Source: Alphaproteobacteria bacterium
Lineage (GTDB): Bacteria; Pseudomonadota; Alphaproteobacteria; UBA1280; UBA6503
DNA length: 64,000 nt
Direction of reading: 5' to 3'
NCBI GenBank assembly: GCA_021774615.1
Contig: JAJFIW010000036.1
Span: 37,318 to 101,317, forward strand
Positions 52,067 to 60,565 of this stretch are shown here, piece after piece (position 1 is the first letter of the stretch; each line of letters starts with the position of its first letter). The translations under genes were made by a program, and so were the position numbers. The notes under the pieces were generated by a model that was not told where the DNA came from, ran no database searches, and was given only the letters and a program-made list of their open reading frames with translations.

Positions 52067-52717
52067 TTACTGTGCAGTGTTAACTGTTATGGTTAGCTTA
52101 GGGCAAGTTGGAATTGGTGTACCTGCCATCATTGCAGCGCAAACAGCGCTTGTATCAATGTTCAGGTTTTCTACGGTATGATCATTATCTGCAATTTGCA
52201 CTAATACGGCAGATATAATAGTATTGGCGTTAACCATACTCCTGTAGTCAATCTGCTTTCCAGCATAGAAATTAGAAACTAAAAAACCATTTAGCCACTG
52301 ATAATCAATGTTGATATCTATTAACTGCTGATTTTCTAGCAAAACCATCTGCTGGTTTATGTTTCCATGTGTGTGTGTTATTAAATGTATATTTGGCTTT
52401 GGGTGGTATATGGCAATATCGGTATCTTGATGATGTGCAATATTTATACTGCCAGACTTATTACCAATTAAGACAGAATCTGTTGGGGTAGCTATAATCG
52501 CAGTTAACGCTATAACAGCAATGGTAATCGCATAACCAAGCATTATGCCGACCATAGTTTTATCTGACCATCGCATCATTATAAGGAATGATACAATAAC
52601 CGCTGGTAGCATCATCCATGGTGTGGTGTAGTCTTTGAAGTGCCACTGCCAAAAGTGTGCAGCTACTACTAGAAATGCAATAACAACTATAGATATAATA
52701 GTTTTTAAATATTTCAT
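52067..52717 (-). CDS. Membrane-anchored paralog family protein, member 2 (divergent)
   Basis: 216 aa with N-terminal TM helices. The C-terminus (AVCAAMMAGTPIPTCPKLTITV) matches the family motif. Confidence 0.5.
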   Translation of the reverse strand: MKYLKTIISIVVIAFLVVAAHFWQWHFKDYTTPWMMLPAVIVSFLIMMRWSDKTMVGIMLGYAITIAVIALTAIIATPTDSVLIGNKSGSINIAHHQDTDIAIYHPKPNIHLITHTHGNINQQMVLLENQQLIDINIDYQWLNGFLVSNFYAGKQIDYRSMVNANTIISAVLVQIADNDHTVENLNIDTSAVCAAMMAGTPIPTCPKLTITVNTAQ

Positions 52718-52825
52718 GATAATCTCCGAGAGAGAATGTGAAAAGAAAAGGGAAGAAAAAATAATAGATATTATTGAGAGAATTTATAATAGCTATGGCA
52801 CTTTGTGTCAACATGCCATTACGTA

Positions 52826-52861
52826 AAAAGCCACCCTCTGTTGTAGAGGGGGGCTTTTCTG
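52826..52861 (-). terminator. Terminator (gccaccctctgttgtagaggggggc + T-tract) downstream of paralog member 3
   Basis: Seen directly, 4 nt after the stop at 52865. Confidence 0.6.
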
Positions 52862-52864
52862 TTT

Positions 52865-53632
52865 CTATTTTTCTCTAGTAATAGAAACCGTTATTTGAGG
52901 GCAGCCTTCAAGGCCTTCCATTTTCTGCAACTCTGCACATGCATCTAATGTATTAATTCTAATATTATCAATACTTTCAGTGCTATCTGCAATTTGTCTT
53001 AATATAATAAGCATTATAGGAGAGTCATTTGATGAACTCCAAGTATAATTGCGCATTATATTTTTATTAAAATCAGAAAGGATAATTTCTTTTGACCATT
53101 CGTAGTTGATACTAACTATGATAGGTATAAGTTCTTCATTTTTTAGAACTTTTGTTTGCTCTTGCCATTGACCACGGACATCTTTTATTACATAAAAATC
53201 ACCTTTAGCCCATGGTGGGTATAAAGACTCTGTAATATGAGTAATAACTACAGTTTCACCATTGTCAGCTGTACGGAGCAATGTATCTTCAGGTGTTACA
53301 TATGTTCCAAGTGAGGCAATAATAGCGGCAATTATTGACCCTAGAAGGGAAACCAATGTTATATAAGGTGTCTTCTTACTTAAAAAATATGAGCCTACCA
53401 GCATTATAGTTCCTGATAATAATATTCCTGTTACTGTGCTATTGCCTATAATTGGGTATTCCCAAAATAGAGACAATGCAGCAACAAGTACAACTAATAA
53501 CCACATTATTATTTTTGCAAATACATAGACAATATGTGGAACATTTTTTAATAAAGATTCAGTTTTTTGCATAAAACCCTCCGATAAGGGGTTAGAAAAA
53601 GAAAAACAAACAGATGAGATATATTTATACAC
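52865..53632 (-). CDS. Membrane-anchored paralog family protein, member 3
   Basis: 255 aa with 3 N-terminal TM helices and the C-terminal conserved domain. Confidence 0.55.
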   Translation of the reverse strand: MYKYISSVCFSFSNPLSEGFMQKTESLLKNVPHIVYVFAKIIMWLLVVLVAALSLFWEYPIIGNSTVTGILLSGTIMLVGSYFLSKKTPYITLVSLLGSIIAAIIASLGTYVTPEDTLLRTADNGETVVITHITESLYPPWAKGDFYVIKDVRGQWQEQTKVLKNEELIPIIVSINYEWSKEIILSDFNKNIMRNYTWSSSNDSPIMLIILRQIADSTESIDNIRINTLDACAELQKMEGLEGCPQITVSITREK

Positions 53633-53682
53633 ATCTTATGTCGGTTATATGCAGTTTTGTCAAGAGTATGGAGTAACGCAAT

Positions 53683-53711
53683 AAACCACCCTGTTTTATA
53701 GAGGGTGGTTT
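53683..53711 (-). terminator. Terminator (aaaccaccctgttttatagagggtggttt) downstream of the exonuclease gene
   Basis: Seen directly. The stem sequence is similar to the 52826 terminator. Confidence 0.6.
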
Positions 53712-53730
53712 ATCGCTTTGGTTTCAGAGA

Positions 53731-54756
53731 TTAAAACCCGTGGGGGTTTAATCTAATTAGCTCATTGTGCCATATGGTAAATGGGTGTGGCTTTCCGCTT
53801 TTGCGTGACCTAATCTCACGCTCTACATAATTGACCAACCCTTTATAGTAGTAGCTTCGTGTTTCTGCGTTTATCATGCCGAAGCCTTGCATAGTATTTA
53901 TAAATAACAAAGCAAGGGTTAATACATCATGGCTACCATAATCAATAATACGTTGACGATGAGCAGGCCTTTGGAAATAAAGATTAGCAACTTTCGAACC
54001 ATCCATAGTATCAGAGTCATCTTCACCCTGTACTTTACCAGGAACATTCTGGATTGCAGCATAGTCTGCTTGTTTTGTTCTTGCAGAAAATCCATGCTCA
54101 CCTGCAATAGCTTTCATTAAGTCTAGATTTAGTGGGGTAAATCTGCCAAACAAATCTTCTTCTCCTTTGTGTTTTGCACGGGCGAAGAATTTAGAAAGTA
54201 GCTCATTGTTATTACTACTAGCTATAGGTGTCCCAGATGCTATAGATTCTGGAAACCTACGATTAGCACGCATCAGAAATACAGGCATATCAAAACCATG
54301 ACCATTCCAAGTCAGCAGTACAACTGTATTGCCTTTCTCTTGGTCTTTAACAATATCTTCCATTAAAGCCATAATGGCGGAACGTTCTTTCTTTAGACCT
54401 TCTAAAAGCCATTCAGTACGCCCATTGTCTTTAACACTGCCAACACTTTTTGGTAATGTTTTTGGCAATGGCTTTGCAATATAATTTATCATTTTATAAT
54501 TAGCAGAATTACCTGCCTCAAGTGAAAATGAAAATCGTAAGCAAGGCAATGCAACAATTTGCTGGAAAGCAAGTGGGAACATAGGATTTTTTGCATCTGG
54601 CTCAAACCGCTCTTTACGAAAAGTATCTATGATGCCTTCGTAAGTAGAAGTAGCAGTAAATTTTATGCATAAAGCATTCATCAGAGCCAAAACATCTGGC
54701 ACTGTTTCCGAGTCAATACAATAAATTGTTGCATTGGTGGGGAAGTTCTTAATCAT
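53731..54756 (-). CDS. Stand-alone DEDDy-type 3'-5' exonuclease (PolB-exo/RNase H-like fold)
   Basis: Exo I IYCIDSETVPD, Exo II WNGHGFDMPVF, Exo III YGSHDVLTLALLF. Start at 54756 (AAGGAG RBS 7 nt upstream) rather than the ORF extension to 54822. Confidence 0.65.
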   Translation of the reverse strand: MIKNFPTNATIYCIDSETVPDVLALMNALCIKFTATSTYEGIIDTFRKERFEPDAKNPMFPLAFQQIVALPCLRFSFSLEAGNSANYKMINYIAKPLPKTLPKSVGSVKDNGRTEWLLEGLKKERSAIMALMEDIVKDQEKGNTVVLLTWNGHGFDMPVFLMRANRRFPESIASGTPIASSNNNELLSKFFARAKHKGEEDLFGRFTPLNLDLMKAIAGEHGFSARTKQADYAAIQNVPGKVQGEDDSDTMDGSKVANLYFQRPAHRQRIIDYGSHDVLTLALLFINTMQGFGMINAETRSYYYKGLVNYVEREIRSRKSGKPHPFTIWHNELIRLNPHGF

Positions 54757-54944
54757 AATAAGCTCCTTTAATGGGGCAAGAAAAGGGAAGAAAAAAATAA
54801 GAATATATAATTTGTAAACCATACGTTTTTTTATGGGTATCTGTCAAGCTGATGTATCTTTAAAGAAATGTGTTTTATTTGTATGGTTAGCAAGGTAAAT
54901 TAAATGCTTGAGCAGCGAATTAAAAAATAATAGGAAAACAGCTG

Positions 54945-56069
54945 ATGACACATAAAATAGAAAATATTGCCGTAATGGGTTTAGGTAAAGTTGGCTCATT
55001 AGCTGCACAATTGTTGGCTGATGCAGGCTTTAAAGTTACAGGATATGATTTAGACCCACCCCAAAGTGATTATTTTAAAACTGTTATTTTAGACCTAAGC
55101 GACACTAAAGCAGTTGCTACAGCTCTTAGCAAAAATGATGCTGTGCTCTCCTGTTTGCCATATCATCTTAATAAAGATCTGGCTTCGGCAGCTGTTGCAA
55201 ATAAAGTCCATTATTTTGATTTAACCGAAGACGTACCCACAACCCAACACATTATAGAGCTCTCTAAAAATGCTGAAACAGTTTTGGCGCCACAATGTGG
55301 GCTAGCACCAGGTTTTGTTGGTATAGTTGGCGCAAGTCTTGTTAAGCGTTTTGATAAAATCCGCTCTATCCGTCTACGAGTTGGAGCATTACCACAAAAC
55401 CCAACAGGGTTAATGGGCTACAATTTTAATTGGTCGCCAGAAGGTGTAGTAAACGAATATTTAAACGATTGTGAAGTAATCGAGGGTGGTGTCCATAAGT
55501 CGGTATCGCCAATGCAGTGGGTAGAAAGTATCTACATTAATGGCCAAATGCTAGAGGCTTTCACAACCTCAGGCGGGCTTGGCACAATGTGTGAAACTTA
55601 TGCAGGTAAAGTGGAGAATCTTGACTATAAAACCATGCGTTATCCCGGGCATGTAAAGATGATGAATTTTTTCTTCCATGAGTTATTGATGCGAGAAGAC
55701 CGTAAACTGGCAGGTGAAATTCTAGTCCACGCAAAGCCCCCAACCAGTAAAGATGTTGTGTTTGTCCATGTTGCAGCCGAAGGGTGGCAGTGTGATGAAC
55801 TAATGCGTGAAGAGTTTGTGCGTAGCTATAAACCACAATTAATTGACGGTAAATTTTGGCGTGCTATCTCCTGGACAACGGCAGCATCTGTTGCATCAGT
55901 CATAGAAATGGTCAGTAAAGGTGCATTGCCACAAAAAGGCTTTATTAAACAAGAGGAAATTCTGTTAAAAGAGTTCTTAAAGACAAAAAGTGGTGGCTTG
56001 TATATTAAAGGTGATGAAGACTCGGGTGGGGCTCGCCTTGCCCTTGAAACTACTAAATGTACTAAATAA
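54945..56069 (+). CDS. Saccharopine dehydrogenase-family NAD(P)-binding oxidoreductase
   Basis: N-terminal Rossmann motif IAVMGLGKVGSLAAQLL. The size and layout fit the Sacchrp_dh family, but the substrate is unknown. Confidence 0.5.
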   Translation: MTHKIENIAVMGLGKVGSLAAQLLADAGFKVTGYDLDPPQSDYFKTVILDLSDTKAVATALSKNDAVLSCLPYHLNKDLASAAVANKVHYFDLTEDVPTTQHIIELSKNAETVLAPQCGLAPGFVGIVGASLVKRFDKIRSIRLRVGALPQNPTGLMGYNFNWSPEGVVNEYLNDCEVIEGGVHKSVSPMQWVESIYINGQMLEAFTTSGGLGTMCETYAGKVENLDYKTMRYPGHVKMMNFFFHELLMREDRKLAGEILVHAKPPTSKDVVFVHVAAEGWQCDELMREEFVRSYKPQLIDGKFWRAISWTTAASVASVIEMVSKGALPQKGFIKQEEILLKEFLKTKSGGLYIKGDEDSGGARLALETTKCTK

Positions 56070-56081
56070 AAAGGGTGGAAC

Positions 56082-56897
56082 ATGTCTAAAACTATAGAGG
56101 GTGTCGCACATATTATTGCAGTTGCATCAGGTAAAGGTGGGGTTGGTAAATCTACAACTGCCGTAAACTTGGCCGTGGCTCTAAGTGCTGCGGGGCATAA
56201 GGTTGGCTTAATGGATGCCGACGTATACGGCCCATCGGTACCACGGATGATGGGGCTAGAAAATGGCTCTGCTCATAGTGATGACGGCAAAACAATTGTA
56301 CCAGCACTCGCCCACGGGGTTAAAGTGATGAGCATGGGCTTTCTTATAGACGAAAACACACCTATTGTTTGGCGTGGGCCAATGGTGCTGTCTGCATTAC
56401 GACAAATGCTGTTTGATGTTAAATGGGGACCTCTAGACGTATTGGTAATTGATATGCCACCAGGCACTGGTGACACACAGTTATCTATTTCCCAAACTGT
56501 TGGTTTGTCGGGTGCTGTTATTGTCTCTACCCCACAAGACATTGCTCTGCTTGATGCTAAAAAAGGGCTTAATATGTTCCGCAAAGTGAATGTTCCAATT
56601 TTAGGAATGGTTGAAAACATGAGCACATTTATTTGCCCATCATGTAGCCATGAAACTCATATCTTTAGTACAGGTGGTGCTGAAAAAGCTGCTGCTGAGC
56701 TTGATGTGCCATTTTTGGCGGCAATCCCACTTGACTTAGCTATCCGCCAAAATACTGACGAAGGTAAGCCATTAGTTATTAGTGCTCCTGATAGCAAACC
56801 TGCAGCTACTTACCATAAGCTGGCAGAAAATGTGTGGGATGCACTACAAGAGCAAGCAGACAAAGCATCACAACCAGTAAAGATTGTTATCGAGTAG
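56082..56897 (+). CDS. apbC: Fe-S cluster carrier ATPase ApbC/Mrp (NBP35 family)
   Basis: Deviant Walker A ASGKGGVGKSTT, and a CxxC-type motif region (FICPSCSHE). Confidence 0.9.
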   Translation: MSKTIEGVAHIIAVASGKGGVGKSTTAVNLAVALSAAGHKVGLMDADVYGPSVPRMMGLENGSAHSDDGKTIVPALAHGVKVMSMGFLIDENTPIVWRGPMVLSALRQMLFDVKWGPLDVLVIDMPPGTGDTQLSISQTVGLSGAVIVSTPQDIALLDAKKGLNMFRKVNVPILGMVENMSTFICPSCSHETHIFSTGGAEKAAAELDVPFLAAIPLDLAIRQNTDEGKPLVISAPDSKPAATYHKLAENVWDALQEQADKASQPVKIVIE

Positions 56898-56901
56898 GTT
56901 T

Positions 56902-58029
56902 ATGAACTCTATAAAACAGTTTCTATTTACCATTATGCTTTTATTAGTAGCACCTGCTGCATATGCGGGTATGTTGCCTGACGATATTGTTGCTACTGGT
57001 GACGATGTTGTTGTTGTGGGTGGTTCTGAAGGGCGAGTTTTTGGGGCAGGCTGGAAGGTTAAAATTGAAGACGGCAACTACGAACGAGAAATTATTGCCA
57101 TTGGTGCCGATATCCACCTAGAACCACATGCTAAAAAACCAGTGTATATATTTGGGCAAAAAATTGTATTGTCGGGGCATTATGCCTCTGATGTTGCTGC
57201 TGTTGGGCAAGAGATTATCCTAATGCCTGATGCTAAAATAGACGGTAAATTATGGCTGTCGGGGCAAAAAGTATGGTTACAGGGCAGTGTTGTTGCAAAC
57301 GGTAAAATTCTTGCTAACCGAGTTTTATTAGAAGGTAATGTTCTTTCTAAAAAAGGTAAGGTTCTAGACGTCCAAGCAAAAGAGCTAGACATCTCTGAAA
57401 CCGCTAAAATTAATGGGGATATTTTATACCGAGCCCAAGAAGCCCCACGGGTAGATGGGCGAGCAAAGGTGCTTGGCAATATAACTCTAGAAACTGCAAG
57501 TTTTGAAGATGAACTGCGCGAGAAATTAGAAAAAATTGCATTTTTAGGTAAGCTAGGCTCAAAACTAATGCTGCTGGTATGGCTACTATTAGCAGGGTTT
57601 GCTATAACCTTATTCATGACACCAAAAGTCGTAGCTTCAATGAAGCGAGTACATGAAAATCCTTTGCGGATGATGGGGGTAGGGTTTGGCTTTCTAGTTA
57701 TAATCCCCATTGCGGCAGTATTCTTGTTGCTAACAGTTATTGGTATGCCTGTGGCTATTTCGATGATGGCTAGTTATCCATTGGCTATTATTATGGGTTT
57801 CTCTATTGGTACTTTGTGGCTAGGTACATTAATATATAAGCTTATATTCCGTAAAAAGCCATACCGTAGGCACCAATTATTGGGTTGTTATTTAATGGCA
57901 ATGCCGCTGGTTGTAGGGCTTACACAGGTTCCATACATGGGGATTATAGGTTGGCTATTGCCATTAACCGCAGGGCTTGGTGCTTTAAGCTGGTTAAAGT
58001 GGCAACAAATGCAAGCGGGTAAGGAGTAA
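56902..58029 (+). CDS. Hypothetical protein with an N-terminal signal/anchor, a repetitive beta-helix-like (bactofilin/polymer-forming-like) region and C-terminal TM helices
   Basis: Repeating V/I-x-G/A patterns (VVVVGGSEGRVFGAG; KIVLSGHYASDVAAVG; KVWLQGSVVANGKILAN), then 3-4 TM helices. Family assignment is tentative. Confidence 0.35.
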   Translation: MNSIKQFLFTIMLLLVAPAAYAGMLPDDIVATGDDVVVVGGSEGRVFGAGWKVKIEDGNYEREIIAIGADIHLEPHAKKPVYIFGQKIVLSGHYASDVAAVGQEIILMPDAKIDGKLWLSGQKVWLQGSVVANGKILANRVLLEGNVLSKKGKVLDVQAKELDISETAKINGDILYRAQEAPRVDGRAKVLGNITLETASFEDELREKLEKIAFLGKLGSKLMLLVWLLLAGFAITLFMTPKVVASMKRVHENPLRMMGVGFGFLVIIPIAAVFLLLTVIGMPVAISMMASYPLAIIMGFSIGTLWLGTLIYKLIFRKKPYRRHQLLGCYLMAMPLVVGLTQVPYMGIIGWLLPLTAGLGALSWLKWQQMQAGKE

Positions 58030-58033
58030 CTTC

Positions 58034-58405
58034 ATGCCAATAGTTATTGCAGTAGCTTTAGGTGGCGCAGTTGGTGCTGTTTTGCGTTATGGAATGGTTA
58101 GTTTTATGCCTATGTGGGGCTCGTTTCCTGTGGCAGTTTTAATTGCTAACATTATAGGTAGTACAGTTTTTGGCTGGCTAGTTAGTGCTATTGATGCCCA
58201 AATTATAATTATGTCTGAAGGGATGCGCAGCTTTATAATGGTAGGCATAATAGGGGCTTTTACAACGTTCTCGTTTTTCTCTTTTGAAACAGTGTCTCTT
58301 TTTCAATCACAGGGCGTTAAAATAGCAATATTATACATATTCCTATCGGTATCTTTAGCTATTACAGGGTTTGTGATAGGAGCAAAACTAGCAACTGCTT
58401 TTTAA
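58034..58405 (+). CDS. crcB: Fluoride efflux channel CrcB/Fluc
   Basis: 123 aa, four TM helices, N-terminus MPIVIAVALGGAVGAVLRYG. Confidence 0.85.
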   Translation: MPIVIAVALGGAVGAVLRYGMVSFMPMWGSFPVAVLIANIIGSTVFGWLVSAIDAQIIIMSEGMRSFIMVGIIGAFTTFSFFSFETVSLFQSQGVKIAILYIFLSVSLAITGFVIGAKLATAF

Positions 58406-58507
58406 TACAGGTTACTGGTTGACGTACGGACGGATATAGTCATAATAGACGCCTATTTAAATGCATAGATAATAATAATGAATCACTTTAAAAAGGTCAG
58501 GTAACAC

Positions 58508-59677
58508 ATGGTTTCTAAATCATTTTCTTGGGAACATAAGGGCGGAAAAGGTCCTTGGGGTTCTGGTGGCGGTAACGCTGGCGATAATCGCAATAATAAT
58601 AGGCAACAAAATCAACAACCAGATCTTGACGACATGATACGCTCAGCGCAAGAGCACTTGCGTCGCCATATGGGCGGCGGTGGCGGCGGTAAAGGCGGCT
58701 CATCTGGCGGTAGTAGTAGCATGTGGCTTGGTCTTGTTATTATTGGTATTTTATGGCTGGTAAGTGGTTTCTACATTGTTGACCAATCCGAGCGTGGCGT
58801 TGTACTACGTTTTGGTAAATACGTACAAACTACATCTCCAGGGTTAAATTATCACCTACCATGGCCGTTCGAGTCAGTTATTAAGCCTAAGGTAGAGCGT
58901 GAAAACCGTGTTGAAATTGGCTTTCGTAACACTACTGTAGGCAACCAAAGCCTAAGCCGCTTAATTGGTGGGCGTGGTAGCGATGGTAGCGTACGCCGGA
59001 TGCTAGACAGTGAAGCGTTGATGCTAACTGGTGATGAGAACATTGTTGACCTTAACTTTACAGTTCGTTGGAAAATTAAAGATGCACAAGCGTTTTTGTT
59101 TAACATAGCTAGTCCTGATATTACGGTTAAAGATGTTGCCGAGTCTGCAATGCGTGAAATCATTGGGAAACGCCCAATCGATGACGCTTTAACGTCAAAC
59201 AAGGCAGAAATCGAATTTGCAGCAAAAGACCTTATCCAACAAGTTATGGACGAGTATGGCTCGGGAATTCAGATAAATGCTGTCGAGTTGCAACAAGTAA
59301 ACCCACCAAGCCAAGTTATCGACTCGTTTAAAGATGTGCAAGCAGCTCGTGCTGACGCTGAAAAGTTGCAAAACGATGCCATCGGTTATGCTAACGACAT
59401 TTTGCCAAAAGCTCGTGGTGCTTCAGCTCAAATCACCCAAAATGCTGAAGGTTACCGTGAAGCGAGAAGGTTGGAGGCTCAAGGTCAAGCAGACCGCTTT
59501 ACGAAACAGCTAACTGAATATAACAAAGCAAAAGACATTACCCGTGAGCGTATGTACATAGAGGCCATGGAAGAAGTTCTTGGCAAGGCAAATGTAGTTG
59601 TTATGGGCAGTCAAACAAAAGAACATGTGTTGCCTTATCTTCCTTTAGGGCAGTCAGCAAAACAGGGAGTTCGTTAA
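58508..59677 (+). CDS. hflK: Protease modulator HflK (SPFH domain)
   Basis: Gly-rich N-terminus, one TM helix and an SPFH domain, followed by hflC. Confidence 0.85.
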   Translation: MVSKSFSWEHKGGKGPWGSGGGNAGDNRNNNRQQNQQPDLDDMIRSAQEHLRRHMGGGGGGKGGSSGGSSSMWLGLVIIGILWLVSGFYIVDQSERGVVLRFGKYVQTTSPGLNYHLPWPFESVIKPKVERENRVEIGFRNTTVGNQSLSRLIGGRGSDGSVRRMLDSEALMLTGDENIVDLNFTVRWKIKDAQAFLFNIASPDITVKDVAESAMREIIGKRPIDDALTSNKAEIEFAAKDLIQQVMDEYGSGIQINAVELQQVNPPSQVIDSFKDVQAARADAEKLQNDAIGYANDILPKARGASAQITQNAEGYREARRLEAQGQADRFTKQLTEYNKAKDITRERMYIEAMEEVLGKANVVVMGSQTKEHVLPYLPLGQSAKQGVR

Positions 59678-59678
59678 A

Positions 59679-60539
59679 ATGAAACCAATCCATATGATTT
59701 TTACAATCTTCTTAATAATCACAGGTATTGTTTTAGCTAATAGTACTTTTATTGTAACCGAGACCGAGCGTGCTTTGGTTTTATCTTTAGGTAAGGTTGA
59801 TAAGCAGGTTAATAAACCTGGTCTACACTTCCGTCGTCCATTTATCCAACAATTGGTTAAATATGATGACCGTATCTTGTACTTAGATTCTCGCCCTGAG
59901 GAAATTGTAACCAAAGACAAAAAACGTTTAGTTGTGGATACATTTATGCGCTGGCGGATTGAAGATGCTATTAAGTTTTACGAAACTCAACGCACTTTAC
60001 AAAATGGTAGAGCACAGCTAAACACAATCATGAGCTCGACTACAAAACGTAACTTAGCACGTGAAGATGCCCAAGAGATTATCTCTGGTGAGCGCTCTAA
60101 TATTATGGATAGTATCCTTAATGAAACTCGTGAAGAAGCTGCTCGTTTTGGTATTGCTGTTATTGATGTACGCATTAAGCGTGCTGACTTGCCAGCGGAA
60201 AACTCGCAAGCGGTTTACAACCGGATGCGTGCAGAACGAGACAAAGAAGCAAAAGAAATCCGCGCTGGTGGTGAGGAAGAAGCACAAAAAATCCGTGCTA
60301 ATGCCGAGCGTGAACGGACTATCTTACTTGCTGATGCCGAACAAAAAGGACAAACTCTGCGTGGTTTAGGAGACGCTGAAGCAATTAAGATTTTTGCTGA
60401 CGCTTTTGGTAAAAACCCTGAGTTTTATCGTTTAACTCGTACTCTAGAAGCTTATCGTAATAGCTTAGCGAAAGAAGGCACAACTTTGGTTGTTGACCCT
60501 GCGACAAGCTTTCTTAGAATATTTGAACAAGGGCGGTAA
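59679..60539 (+). CDS. hflC: Protease modulator HflC
   Basis: N-terminal TM helix plus an SPFH domain. Starts 2 nt after the hflK stop. Confidence 0.85.
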   Translation: MKPIHMIFTIFLIITGIVLANSTFIVTETERALVLSLGKVDKQVNKPGLHFRRPFIQQLVKYDDRILYLDSRPEEIVTKDKKRLVVDTFMRWRIEDAIKFYETQRTLQNGRAQLNTIMSSTTKRNLAREDAQEIISGERSNIMDSILNETREEAARFGIAVIDVRIKRADLPAENSQAVYNRMRAERDKEAKEIRAGGEEEAQKIRANAERERTILLADAEQKGQTLRGLGDAEAIKIFADAFGKNPEFYRLTRTLEAYRNSLAKEGTTLVVDPATSFLRIFEQGR

Positions 60540-60565
60540 TTGATTATACAAAGAGGAAGCAAAAC

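Noticed and set aside
52826-53711. Possible REP-like repeated extragenic palindrome (ccaccct..agggtgg) at two sites
   Set aside because: Only two copies are seen. Both sit exactly where intrinsic terminators are expected and are followed by T-tracts, so they are better explained as related terminators than as a dispersed repeat family.
54757-54822. Hydrophobic 22-aa N-terminal extension of the DEDDy exonuclease
   Set aside because: A strong AAGGAG RBS precedes the internal ATG at 54756. The extension is encoded by AT-rich low-complexity sequence (lys/phe/ile-rich) typical of a spurious upstream in-frame ATG.
54823-58033. Fluoride riboswitch expected upstream of crcB
   Set aside because: Manual scan of the intergenic segments upstream of the apbC-X-crcB block did not reveal the conserved crcB-motif elements. 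A covariance-model search would be needed to be sure.
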